Below are positions 51,801 through 63,700 of a stretch of 64,000 bases of DNA, one piece after another. The position numbers were made by a program, and so were the translations under genes. Position 1 is the first letter of the stretch, and each line of letters starts with the position of its first letter. The notes beneath the pieces were generated by a model that did no database searches, was not told the origin of the DNA, and saw nothing but the letters and a program-made list of their open reading frames with translations. The stretch is from Paragordius varius (lineage: Eukaryota > Animalia > Nematomorpha): contig OZ176055.1 of the NCBI GenBank assembly GCA_964247055.1, forward strand, positions 7,626,001 through 7,690,000, given 5' to 3'.

Positions 51801-54800
51801 AGTACCATCATCCCCAAAGTCTGGAGTATCAGGAGGAGCAGCATTTGGCGCCTTAGCTGGTATGAACTAAAACTAATGGTTCTTTTTATAATAAATTAAC
51901 CCATAAAGTTCTCTATAATAAACAATTATTTTTTGTAACATGTAGGTAAACTTACTGCATTAGGTATATTTTACAATGCTTTAGATTTTCTAGAAATATA
52001 TTTAACTATATACATGAATAACGCTATATAATCGTTAATTTTTAGCGGCGAAAGGTAAAAATCTTAACATTGAACTTTATTTATATTTCCGTCATTATTA
52101 AATTATATATGTCTTACTAAATGATTTTAGGTTTATTCACGACTGGAAGTATGATTTTATTGTATTATCAAATTGTAATTTATAGGTGTCCTATTCACTA
52201 TAATTGTCGGTACGTATTTTGATCAATTTGTTTCAATGTCATTTCTCGTATTCTTAATATTTACTAATCGATTATATTATTGTAGGAGGGATTGGAATTA
52301 TTATGTTAGCGGTGGGAGCAGCCATTTCCAGTAATATAAATTATTTTTAAATTCTTACTTGAGAATACCCATTACTTAATACTTAAATATATATGTATAT
52401 ACAGCAAATGACCATAACTCCAAAATTCTCAGCGTTGAAAGTTAGTATTATAATTTTTAATTTTTATATATTTATTAATATTACAAAACTATGCATTACC
52501 CATATATATTTCGTTTAGCAAATCGCGAAGAAAATGGTATATATTAATTGTAAAAATTTATAGTTAAAACTCTTCTCGTTGAGGTTCCTATCCAAAAACA
52601 AGATGGTACAATGAAAGGTAATATATACAACTTATAATAATTAAACTTATATGGAGAAACATAAAAACATAAGGACAAATATTGTTTAAAAGACCTCTGT
52701 ACTTTTCTAAACTTATTTTTTTTAATATAACTCATTGTTTTAAATAGCGTAGTATGAATTAGAGATTACATTTTAATACCGCTCTTCTATAATATTAATT
52801 AGACAAGACTCCACAAAGCCCTCATGTGTATATATCAGAAAATAATGTTAAAACAACTTTGTTATCACAAACGGATGATTGTCTTTTGTTCAAAATTGAG
52901 ATTTCGTTGGCTGGTAATTTAATAGGACATTGATCAATGTCTTATAAATTACTTTTTATATCATATAATTGTGGTATAGAAATGCGGAAAGGTAATTGTT
53001 ATGACAAAAAAAATTCTCTCTATGGAATCCAAAACTACTTTTTGCGTCTTGAAGAGTCAGGAGGATCCAAAAACTTAGTAATTGATTATGCAATGTCGGA
53101 ATCGACTAAGAGTACCACAGCTCTTTTGGATATACATGGACCTTATAACTTTAATCAAAAACAATCTGTAACGGTATGTAGTCTCAATTTTTTATCAATT
53201 TTTATGTATCGTCTCTAAATAACGATTCGCGAACTAAGGGTGACTGAGGGATTTGAAAAATTCTTTGAGTCCTTAAAAAATGTTTGAATTACCAAAACGT
53301 TGAAAACATAATGAACTTTTTAAAAAACTAACGGATAAACTCATTAGCATGTTTGCAATATATTAGGGTTGGTATGAATTATTTTTGAAATATCGTGACT
53401 ATTTTTCAGGATTTTTTAAAACAAAAAATTGAATACAACCGCAAATGAACCAATTTCTGATTTAAAAAGAAGAATATATTAATATGACCATATTTATGCT
53501 TTTATTTGAATAATTAAAACTCCTTGTTGTGTGTGTTATCTTTGGAGAAAAGTAATGTTTTCTGTTTTTATCAGGCTAAATTAAAGTGTTAAATTTTTTT
53601 TACCAAGAATTTTGATAATTTTAACAGATGATAAGAGCGTGAAAGCTAAATAATTTGGCAAATATTATAAACAATATTAATTTTAATTTTTGTAAGAATT
53701 ATAAAATTTTTCAAACTATAAATAAAATTTTATTAGAATCTTTGCAATATATTTTTAATAAAATAAGTTATCATAAATTGAAAACCTAATTATCTGTTTA
53801 ATATTGTGTTAGTCTCAAAATCCAAAATCATTTGTTGTTAATAACTTACGGCCCGGAAAATATACCATGCTTCTGCAAACAACCATAAACGGACAGCAAG
53901 ATTTAGCTCGTCAAATTGATACGAATTTTACATGTAATTAATTAAACAACTAAATGAATTATCCTAAAAAACAAATTTTAACTTTTTTGGATGATTGTCA
54001 TTTATAAAAAATCTATAACTTAATTATATATAATTACAAAATAATGTATCGCTTTTTTTATACAACACACTGAAAATTATTTGCCCTAAAATGATGATGT
54101 GATGGATATCCCTTAATTTGGATACAAACTTTGGGGAAGTTGAGACAGCTTGGACCATAGCATTCTGTTGTAAGATATTTATGCAAGCTCATGATTGAAT
54201 GTGCTCTAATTTTTTTAATCTGATCTAAGTATCGTAGTTTAGGTGGCCTTCCACACTTCCTAGCCCTTTCAGGGCCTAATATACTCCCTTTTTCTAAGTT
54301 ATCAACTCTTACACATGTTCAAAAAATCTGAGTTGCAAGGTATGAATTATTGTAGAGTTTGTTTGGGGTAAATATGTCTAGTATTTTATCTTTTGTTCCC
54401 ATTGTCTACCGAGCATATATATAGGTTCATAATTCAAATGCTGATGGTCCAGGATTCAGAGATATATTGCATTACTGGAAAATTATTGATTCTATTACAC
54501 GATTTTTGAAGGAATCGGGAAATTTTTATTTTTTAAGAATGGATTTGAGTTGAATTTTTTGCAATTGCACCTCTCCTGGTAGCCATTTATAGAAATAAAT
54601 GTTCTGAGGTAAGTTATGTTGTTCTAAGCAAATAATTCACCCCCCCCCCCCAAGTTATAGTAATAAATTGGCTCTATTTGTATGTATAGCGTTTTCTTGG
54701 GGTTAATTTCAGCCCCACTTAATTCTTTCGTGTTCTATTGTTTTTTAAAGTTCGGAGTAAGTCCTCTCGGTAAAAATTGTTGTGTCGTGTCTCGCCTCCT

Positions 54801-57599
54801 ATTTGGATGTCTGCTGAGTCATCTCCGATTATTAAAATGGTTTATGAATATCGAATAATAAACCCGATTTTTAAAAGAATTATAGAATATACATACAAAA
54901 GCCAAAATACTTTTTGCCCAAATTGTAGCAAATTATGTGAATCAATTCGGTTTAAAAATATTTGGTTCTATTGGATTAATTTTTAGCCTACAATAATTTT
55001 ATTTTCTGGACCATGTGATTTGCATTCGACTAGAAAAAAATATATAGGGATATAATAAATATTAAATAAAAGGTCTTAAACTTAAAATTTAAGGAAAAAT
55101 TTTAACGATCTTGTAAGATACATACTAAACAATAATTTAATATAGACTCGTGGAGATCTTCATGGATGGATATGTTATTACAATCGAGTCGGTTTTTTTT
55201 CAATGTTGAGATAAAACTTTTCCATAAAGTGTGTGGCAAAAATTTGTTTTTTTATATATTGTCCATCCACCTATTTGAACTACGCCTACGTTTATTGCTG
55301 ATTTTTCTCAACATCAAAGAGTAATTAGCTAGATTTCATAATGTGGCCAAAGTAAAATAGTTGGGTGCGGATCGATATGCTAAGAGGGTATATTAGGATC
55401 GATTTTATTTAGGATATGTTTGTCAAGCTTGTGAAGTTTCAAAATCGTTAGCATATAAAACACACAAGCGTTCATAGTAGTTCAGAGTCCGCCATTTATG
55501 AAGAATTAGTTGAGTAGGCTAGCCACATATTTTTGTTTTATGAACTGTTATTTGATGTCCAGATTTCGAAAATAATTATGAGCCTTTTGACCATAGCATC
55601 GAGTGTGTATTTATTATCGATCCTATTATGCTCCTTCCGATACATGTATAAATAATTATTATTTCATAAAGGTTAATGGCTATTAAATCATTAGAAACTT
55701 TCGGGCAATTTGCAATATTTTTGTGAGATACTCTTCCTACCATCAATATATTGAATTTTTGTGATAATGACTTTCGATTGTCTGCGAACTGTATCATCTT
55801 TGTAATAGAGGTTAGAATTGTAGTTAGAAAATCCAAAATTAAAATTTATGGCTGTAAATTCTAGAAAAAATAAATATGCGCTTTTAAACATTCCTGTTTA
55901 ATTATTAGTATTCATTTTTTATAGTTTCAGTTATTTTAATATATTAGTTTTAAATATTAATGGGCATCGAATCCCTTATTCTGCAGATATAATAATATCG
56001 TTTGAGCAATATAGCCTAACCTATTTAAGTCCTTCTTTTGAATAGGTTAGGCTATATTTTTTTAATTCTAATTTTTGAGGGCACAAAATCACAAAAAAAA
56101 TTTTTATTGAGATCTGTGCTACACTACAATTATTATTAAATGTCAGTATTAAAGAAGCCTAAAAAATTGTTGGCTCTTGTTATAAATGTATTTATATGCG
56201 TCTTAACTTGATTTTATGGAACTTATTTTTTAACATTTAGACGATGGCGAAACCCTGAAAGGTATAATAGCGTGTAACATGTTAACTATTAATGACAAAA
56301 AATATTTATTATATTAAAAATATTTCTTTTGGGTAAAAAAATATAATTTGCAAAAATATAAATTTTTACAAAGAAAACCGTTACCTATTAAAATCTAAAA
56401 TAGGGTTATTCAGATAATAAAAGATGTACCTTTTAAAGCCAGTCATTTTTATAATATTTTGCTTTAAAATTGCAAAAAGTACTCATAGATAAAAAGTAAT
56501 ATGATTTTCTTTTATAATTGGCTTTGTATTTTGGAAAAATGTTTAATATTATATGAGGTAATAATAAATATTTTACTTATTTTTGACCAACATATTGAAA
56601 AGTTTAGTAAATTTTAGTATCAAAGTTTACGTTTGAATGTTAACCCCATTTTTTGGATCCGAAAACTAGAGTGTTTGCTTATGAAAGCCCCACATTTAAA
56701 AAATTGCATTTTGACCCCAGTCCCTGATAAATATGCCTGATAAATATGCTATAATAATATCAATACATAAGAACAGTTAAAACTTTTTTTATATTCGATT
56801 TGGATTAACTCTGTAATAAATGTTTCAGAAGATAACGACCTTCTTAAAGGTGATTACGCATGTTTAAACAAAACGTCCATTCAAATTTGCACCAACTACT
56901 TGAATATTTATCCCGACAAATCTTACAAAATCTCTCTGCATGATGTAGATGAAATGAGTTTTGTATATGGCACAAATGTTAAGAATATTGTAAGTCAAAA
57001 GTTTATTAAATATAAATGTATCATAATGATGAAAAAAATATTATAAAACTTAGAAAAATTATTTTACCCACAAAATACCAGTAGAAAAATTATGAACGTT
57101 AAAATTTATTAAATTTAAATATCAAAGGAAAAACTATTATGACATTTATATATTTTTTGGTTTGAAATTTATACGGTAATTAAGTTAAATTACAGTATAT
57201 ATAAAATTTATACAAACGAAACATAGGAATATACTCATATATTTTTTTATAAAAGACAACCATACTTTTACAAACTTTAATTATCCTATTAAAAACAATT
57301 ATTAATCATATATATAATTATTTGTGTTACCAATATACATTTCTATTTTTTTTCTTTGGAGTAAAAATTCAGATTAAAAAAGTATAGTTATATTTTATAA
57401 AAAAATATTTGTCTTTATATTACGTTTTGTCTGTATAATTTTAATTATTACTGTATATTGATGTATATTTTAGAGATCCAAATGTATTGAAATAAATATG
57501 GATATGTCCAAGTTGAAAAGTGGCAAAGAATATCTTATTGCGTATAAGCCTTTACATGCATGCTACGAACAGATTGGAAAATTAATAATATTACTCTAA
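39783..57599 (+). CDS. Micro-exon-built secreted protein: signal peptide, prodomain ending RVKR, acidic repeat region, Gly/Ala hydrophobic segment, C-terminal beta-rich/FN3-like domain
   Basis: Exon 39783-39825 (MYLVIILLSILSVKG), then 41922-42116, 42765-42920 (ends RVKR), 44238-44303, 44412-44528 and 44675-44695. About 25 further phase-1 exons of 9-111 nt follow to ~52914, then 52980-53173, 53813-53933, ~56832-56990 and ~57474-57599 (TAA 57597-57599). All joins use GT-AG and keep one open frame. No family recognised. Confidence 0.8.
39976..40310. mobile_element. MITE with 21-bp subterminal repeats, copy 2, in intron 1 of gene 4
   Basis: TIR TATACCATTTACA...TGTAAATGGTATA. Unit caaattcaccct(t/c)(a/g)aacaatt occurs x3 on the left and its reverse complement x3-4 on the right. 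Confidence 0.85.
40584..40625. mobile_element. Solo Charlie-type hAT terminus
   Basis: CAGGGGTGGTCAATCTTTTTTCCCGCGGGCTAC preceded by ttttagat (TA at positions 4-5, as in Buster targets). Partner end not found. Confidence 0.4.
44755..44921. mobile_element. Short deletion derivative (MITE) of the 36773-38971 hAT family
   Basis: Right end ggccgcggtttgagtatcacgg is nearly identical to the right end of the large element. The left end resembles its left terminus (gggc...aaaatatattttt...ttcaagg). Flanks attaaag / attaaac. Confidence 0.6.
48186..49069. repeat. Foldback / long inverted repeat: ~410-450-bp arms around a 25-bp spacer, intronic in gene 4
   Basis: Arm 1 (48186-48592) is the reverse complement of arm 2 (48618-49069). 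Examples: aataatgatagaacttgagatatggtt vs aaccatatctcaagttctatcattatt; gtagtggaataacc vs ggttattccactac; gggcaaaaagtga vs tcactttttgccc. Confidence 0.92.
54085..54560 (-). mobile_element. 3' remnant of an RTE-clade non-LTR retrotransposon
   Basis: Minus-strand fragments ISESWTI, LRFFEHV and RKCGRPPKLRYLDQIKK (cf. RTE C-terminal RGRP..RW.D), with a short (CAT)n tail at ~54090. Confidence 0.65.
55280..55900 (-). mobile_element. Decayed LINE reverse-transcriptase remnant (CR1/L2-like)
   Basis: Minus-strand fragments MIQFADN (cf. YADD), IYTCIGRSII...MLWS (cf. LYKSLVRSILEY...WSP) and LNYYERLCVL (cf. LSYEERL). Many stops. Confidence 0.5.
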
Positions 57600-58663
57600 T
57601 AATCGTTACTCTTTTAATCTAATCACAGTCAATAAATAATTGGTCATATTGTATTTAAATTTAAAAAAAAATAATAGAATCTTATTAAATGCCATGCGTG
57701 TGCACCGAAATCGCAAATTTGGATATATGTACACAATGCACAGAAAAAATTTATTGACGAAATATATATTTTCTGATAGAAAAATACACCAGTCTCATGG
57801 TGCTTTTGGTTTTGGGCTTTGCAAGTCATTAAAGAAATATATATCCATTTTTGTGGTAATTGCTTATAAAAATTACAAAAATCGCGCACATAATTATAAA
57901 TAATTTTTTTTGATGAAAATTAAATGCAATCAAAAAATATAAAATATAATATTTATAAAATTTTAATATTTAGATGTGGGCTCCGAAAGACTTATATTTT
58001 TTCCTACTCTAAAATGAAATTCCCTCAAAAAAACGCAAAAATGCCAAGATTTGGCGATAATTTTTTTAGGATACTATGAATAAAAAAAATATTTTGAAAA
58101 AATGTTACTTTCTAAAAAAATAATTTTTAATTTTTATAAACCTTTTTTTATGGTATTTTGGATGGTCAAAACAATAGGAATATAGAAACACTTTATATAT
58201 ATAATGGGATACACTTAAATGACACCTCAGATTTTTTAAAATATTTCGACCATTTGAGTTTACAAAAGATGTTTTTATAATACTTAAATTATTTAAAGAT
58301 GCAGAATTATAGTCGAAATTCTGATAGCGTCATCCAATTATATATAAATTGTGATTTCTGTCTTAAAATGTCTTTATACAGTTTTCACCATGCTAAAATG
58401 TTTTAACGAAAAATTCAATATCGGAAACTTATTTTACGCTTTAAACCATTAGTAAAATTAAATTTTAGGGAAAAGAATAAAATAATACTGTTTTTAAATA
58501 AAAAAGTTGAGATTAAAAATTTTAGGTCAAATAAAGAAATTATGTTGAAAAATGATAGGATATGTGTATGATACATAGTTTGAATGATAAAAGTTATAGG
58601 GAAAAATGTTGAAGGACCAACTTTAAATGTTGAAAGACCAATTTGAACAGGTTAAAAACACTG

Positions 58664-58667
<4 letters not shown>

Positions 58668-58713
<46 letters not shown>
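58668..58713. repeat. (TA)n microsatellite
   Basis: Uninterrupted TA run. Confidence 0.95.
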
Positions 58714-58715
<2 letters not shown>

Positions 58716-59487
58716 TTCGATAGGAGCACTAGGAAGCTTTTAAAACTTGTAATGAAAACATTTTTGGTTTTTTAGATAATTTAATGGATACTTACAAAAG
58801 CACATTCTAAAAAATAAAATATCAAACTTTATTAATTAAAAAAATTACATCGACCCATTTAAAATATACGAAAATCAGGAGCTATAATTTATCGGCGCCA
58901 AAATCGCAAATCATGATTTTCATTTATTAAAACTCTCTAAATCAAAAAACTATGCGATGGAGGTTTCTGCATTTAATTGTGTAATGAAAATATTAGAAAA
59001 ACGTAATATCACAAAATTTGCCATAAGCGGCATCAGTTCTAAAGTTTGACAGTAAAGCCTGAATTCACAAGTTACGGTATTTTCATCGGGTCGAAACCGA
59101 ATCTTATAACAAAAATTGAAAATACTTTCTTTTATTACACGTCTTGGTACACAGTGGTAATATAGAATTTATTTCTTTAAGTATATTTTATATCAAAACG
59201 ACATTGTATACAAAATATATAATAATGCATCTAAATAAAATATGAATAGCGAAATAAAAAAAACGTATTAAGTTCGACCTTAAAAATTGGGACAGATTGG
59301 TGTGAATAAAAAGTTAATTAATACTAAAAAAATACTAAAAATGGAAATATATTATAGAAAATTGAGTAAAAAAAAGTTGAGACATTTACGATAAAAATGT
59401 GTTACCCTTACATGGAAATACTTGTGTTGTTACATAAAACTAAACAATACTAGATACATCATACAATTGTATTAAAAATATTAAAAT

Positions 59488-62400
59488 TTAAGGATAATCG
59501 ACATTGTTTGGGTTAGAGGTTGAGCACATAGCTATAGGAATATATTTTACATGGGTTTGCCATTGTGGTGTAACTTGGAAGAATTTAACATTTTCCCACA
59601 CCACATTGTCAATCAAAACTGTAAATCGTGCAAAAATTATTAAACACATAAGTAAAAAAAGAAATAAAATTTTAGGGAGTCACTATTACCCTTCAAGGGA
59701 TGAGTATTTGTTTTAGTGGAACAGACAACCAATCTTCTAACATTGTGCGCCTCAAATTTCGTAATACATAAATTTTGATTCAAATTCGGCGTATTATCTT
59801 CCTTTGTCTTCAAGCATTGATTTTTAAAAATTTGATTTTCTTGGTTTTTAAGACCGCTGGTAACTTTCATGGATGATAAATTCTTAACTATATGAACAGA
59901 AATATAATCTTTATTATTCTATGTTATGCCAAAAAAAAGTTATAATTAAATTACATTTAGATTTCTTTCCCTTAAGATCCATTTTTAAAACCAGCAAATT
60001 AGAGTTTTGAATAGTAGATACATTGTTCTTGCTATTACAGTCACGAGTTATTTGAAGGGATTTTAGCCTGTTTCCGGACTTAATACTCCTTTTTTGAAGT
60101 ATGTATTGAGATGTGAAACTAGAGTTTTTCCCGTCAAAATATGTACCGACCAATTTATTTTTCTTTGTAGTTATGTCAGCCTTAATATCATCTCTTTTCT
60201 CATTTCCACCATCATTAGCCAAATCATCAATATCTATGGGAAGCGGATTATTTGCTACATTGTTGTGTTCACGTATCATATGAAAGTTTTTGACTGTTTT
60301 CTTAGAAAAATCTTTGAGTTTCGAAAAATTGAGATTCGATGGAGAAACGAATGTGTAGCGGAATGGATTCAGATCATCAATATATGCTGCGTTTCGGGTA
60401 TAATTAGTCGTAAAATCAAATATTTTTTGATTGCCACTATGAGGATTGAGACGGTTAATGTGCATTACATCTTCCCTAAAGTACCAATAATCAATGTGTA
60501 TATGATGATTCATTGTCATTTCTTTTCTATACCTGTATAAGTGTGTGTTGTATGAGATAATATGAAAGAAAAATTGCAATTAAGCCGAGCATATTTTTTT
60601 TAAAAAACTTTGTTAATTACTTTTGAGTCTCTGGATTGTTTTTGGAGGGCTGAAAAGTGGGATTAAATATATCCATTTTTGGATGCTTAATCGATTCGAG
60701 TAGGTTATCTTTAGTACGATCTATAAACCAATTTATTTTTATACATAACATAATAAAGTTTAATAAAGCATGCATGAAAATAGTACCAGTTAAATCTATT
60801 CCTCGCGAATCGCCTAAACTATTTAGCCTTCTGTGCGATAATCGGCTGTTTGCTTCTTTCGCTAACGAATCACATCCTATAAAAAATATTTCATAGACAA
60901 TGAGGTTATACACAAAAAATAACTTTTTCCTTATAATGGTGAAAAAATCACATTAATAAAGATCTGGCTCATTGCTCCTTTATGGCGATCTTAAAAATGG
61001 TCCACATTATATTTATATTATACGCTAATTTCGAATTAATATCCAATTTTCGAAACAATACTTCATTCCACATTAAAGCAGGACTTGAAAAGCTCTGCTC
61101 TCAGACCCTAACAATTCCGATAACCATACACCATCGATATTGTATGAGCTTACGATCGGGACATATCTATGTTGATGAACTGTTGTTAGCTTCAGAAAAT
61201 TTAACGAGATCAGTCAAGAGTTTAAACTTTGGAAATACTTCCTTGAGTGCCGTGAACTCACGATAAGTATCCAAAAAGTAATGAAAAGAAGAGATATAGG
61301 AATGAAATGAAATACATAGGCTAAAAATTACTGTTAATCTTGGTTACACAATTCATTCTCAGGATTAAAATGAATTTTTTAAATTATTTATGCCCTCCAT
61401 GCTTTCTAGCAAACATTTATATTTCACCCTTATATCCAATTTTAAAATAATGGTGAGATAGAAGTGTAAACAAGTTTACCTTGCTTTATAATTTTCCGCT
61501 CACTAAAGTGTATTAGCCATAGAAAATCGTATTTTCATAGATTAAGAAAGGTTCAGACAATATCAATACATATTCAGCAATTAACACATCTCAAACAATA
61601 TATACAAGCTTGGTATTAGGCCCACAATACATATGCAAGTCAAACGTGGAAAGTTAACAAAACACAAGAATCGACCGACAATATGGAAAAAAATATTAAC
61701 AAAAATAGAGTTGGTGATGCAGCAATAACATGGGGCAAAACAATTTTTACAAGAAAATTGGGGTTGTCAACACGAATAAAAAATTTATATAACAACAAAA
61801 TAAAACCACTTTGTTGAATTAGACTTCATACAAAATTGGTCATAAATAATCCCGTGTTCTATATAAATATAATCAAGATGATCAAGGTGTTTTTGGTTTA
61901 AAGGCTTACGAATGAATTAAGAAACACTACATATTTCACCAAAATCAAATTCGCATAATTTTGGAAAAATCTTTCATAACATCATATAGCAGGATTTGAA
62001 ATTTAAATTTTTTATGAGCACTATGTTATCAGGGTTTATGAAAATAAAAAAAATTATTTTTTTACTAAAAGATGGTGGATCCTTAGATGCAGATAATATA
62101 TTTGAACCTTTCATTTGAATACGTGACGGAATAAGTAATGATCGAACCCGCATAACATCTGTAGGTGTACATGCTTTGATTGAGTTTCCATTATAAGTAT
62201 TATTATCATGAAAATAGTTTGACTTTGGTGGTGGAGTCAATATCAATCTAGCTTCCTAACAATTATTTTAACAAAAATGTTTACAATATGTAAAAGTATT
62301 TATACTGTAAATTAAATGATAGAAAAAACGAATTACAATAAATTAATCCAATTTTTTCCAATAAAAACATATTAATTGAAATTTAAGTTAGTAAAGAAAA

Positions 62401-63539
62401 TCTTAAAAATTAATTCATTTATTTTAACGAGAATAAATGAATATATACTTTGACAAATGGTACAAACATTTGGCGATGGACACTTCTAAAAATAGTATAT
62501 CAAAATTATATTTTATAGAAACAGATTTTTAAAAGGCGTAGGTTAAACGTAATTTCAAAATAAAGTATATTTCTGATACAATTTCAATAAGACATTAACT
62601 CATCATTACTTTTGATTGAAGGTCAATAAAATTTCGCCAAAATCCAATCTTTCCACCCCATTAACATGGCTAATATAATCAATGATCCGATTTACGATTG
62701 CTTGTAAACCTTAATAAATTATGCAGGTACATGTAAAACATATTATCGCCTAAAATCGTATATTAATAAAAAATAGTGGTTGATTACCGTGATTTTGCTA
62801 TGCATTTTTCCATGATAAAAATGACATTTTAAAAAGTTATGCATGATATAATGAATAAAAATATTTAAATAATTTTAACTTAAAAACCATCAATACTTTA
62901 TTTTTTAAAAAATACAACTTAACTGATAATCAACTTACTCAAGTCATCTTGGACCTTTGTGCCATGTTGTAACATTTGCCAATCGTTTGATAAAAAATAC
63001 TCGTGGTATCTTACGTCCATGGAATCGGCAAATATGGGAGAAGTGTAACATTGATCATAGGTTTCAGAATTAAGTTTGAGTTGATGGTCTTCTACTATAT
63101 CTACTATATGTATAGATGATATAAGAAAAAATAACTCTTGAATTTAAATATTAAATTTTTTTTATAGAAATGCCCCCTTTCCAATGAAAGATTTGAAAAT
63201 TAACTACTGTAAAACTAACTTGTGGTGGGTGTTTGTGATGGTATGGGTACAAAAACAAAGGCTAAATATTCAATTAAAGTAGTATCTTTATCACGAAACA
63301 CATCAGCAAACAAGCGTATAAATAATTGCAACGATCTAAAGCTCCCAACGTATGTAAGTAAAAATTTAAGCGATTTATTTAATATTGGTTTCCCTCTACC
63401 CATATCACCAGAGGCATTAATACTGTGTGTACTGAGTGGATGATTAAGATAAGTAGGTTGTGTGGTATTTAGCCCTTCAAGATTACCAAACTCGTGGTGG
63501 CGTGAGCAATTGTGAAAAAAGGGTGGTTGTATTTTCTTG
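59488..63539 (-). CDS. PACS: Phosphofurin acidic cluster sorting protein (PACS-1/2 family), 3' part; 5' exons lie beyond the window
   Basis: The spliced C-terminus VRRLVVCSTKTNTHPLKVLIDNVVWENVKFFQVTPQWQTHVKYIPI matches PACS ISRLICTAK...[31 protein letters not shown]. Further matching motifs: IRLFADVFRDK...EYLAFVFVPI, DSMDVRYHEYFLSNDWQML, IVNRIIDYI..., HIDYWY and LKSLQITR. Stop at 59488-59490. Confidence 0.9.
61520..61900 (+). mobile_element. RTE-like LINE remnant in a PACS intron
   Basis: Frameshifted IRPTI/TYASQTWKVNK (cf. IRPVLTYGSETW). Confidence 0.5.
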
Positions 63540-63627
63540 CTATAAATGAGCAAAAACAAAGTGATTAAGTATTTGGTAATGCATTTAAGTTTATATATTT
63601 TCGCAGAAAGAAAAATACTACTTAGAT

Positions 63628-63700
63628 CAGGGGTGTCGTCCAACACAAATGTGTTCGTGGGCCGCATTCGCAAAATATATGTGCAATAATTTATTAGATA
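63628..63700. mobile_element. Charlie-type hAT terminus in a PACS intron; element may run beyond the window
   Basis: CAGGGGTGTCGTCCAAC...GTGGGCCGCATT preceded by acttagat (nnnTAnnn). Confidence 0.45.

Noticed and set aside
48064-59157. CACAGTGG/CCACTGTG (Transib or RAG-RSS-like heptamers) at 48064 and 59150
   Set aside because: They face outward, have no matching TSD or transposase, and 8-mers of this kind occur by chance.
62590-62750. Chondroitin synthase-like motif (IVNRIIDYI...LDFGEI)
   Set aside because: The flanking exons match PACS in order, and the diagnostic glycosyltransferase motifs are absent.
44238-63539. Functional link between PACS (binds acidic clusters of furin) and the adjacent acidic, furin-site protein
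   Set aside because: PACS binds cytosolic acidic clusters, whereas the acidic region of gene 4 follows a signal peptide and is luminal. Adjacency is probably coincidence.
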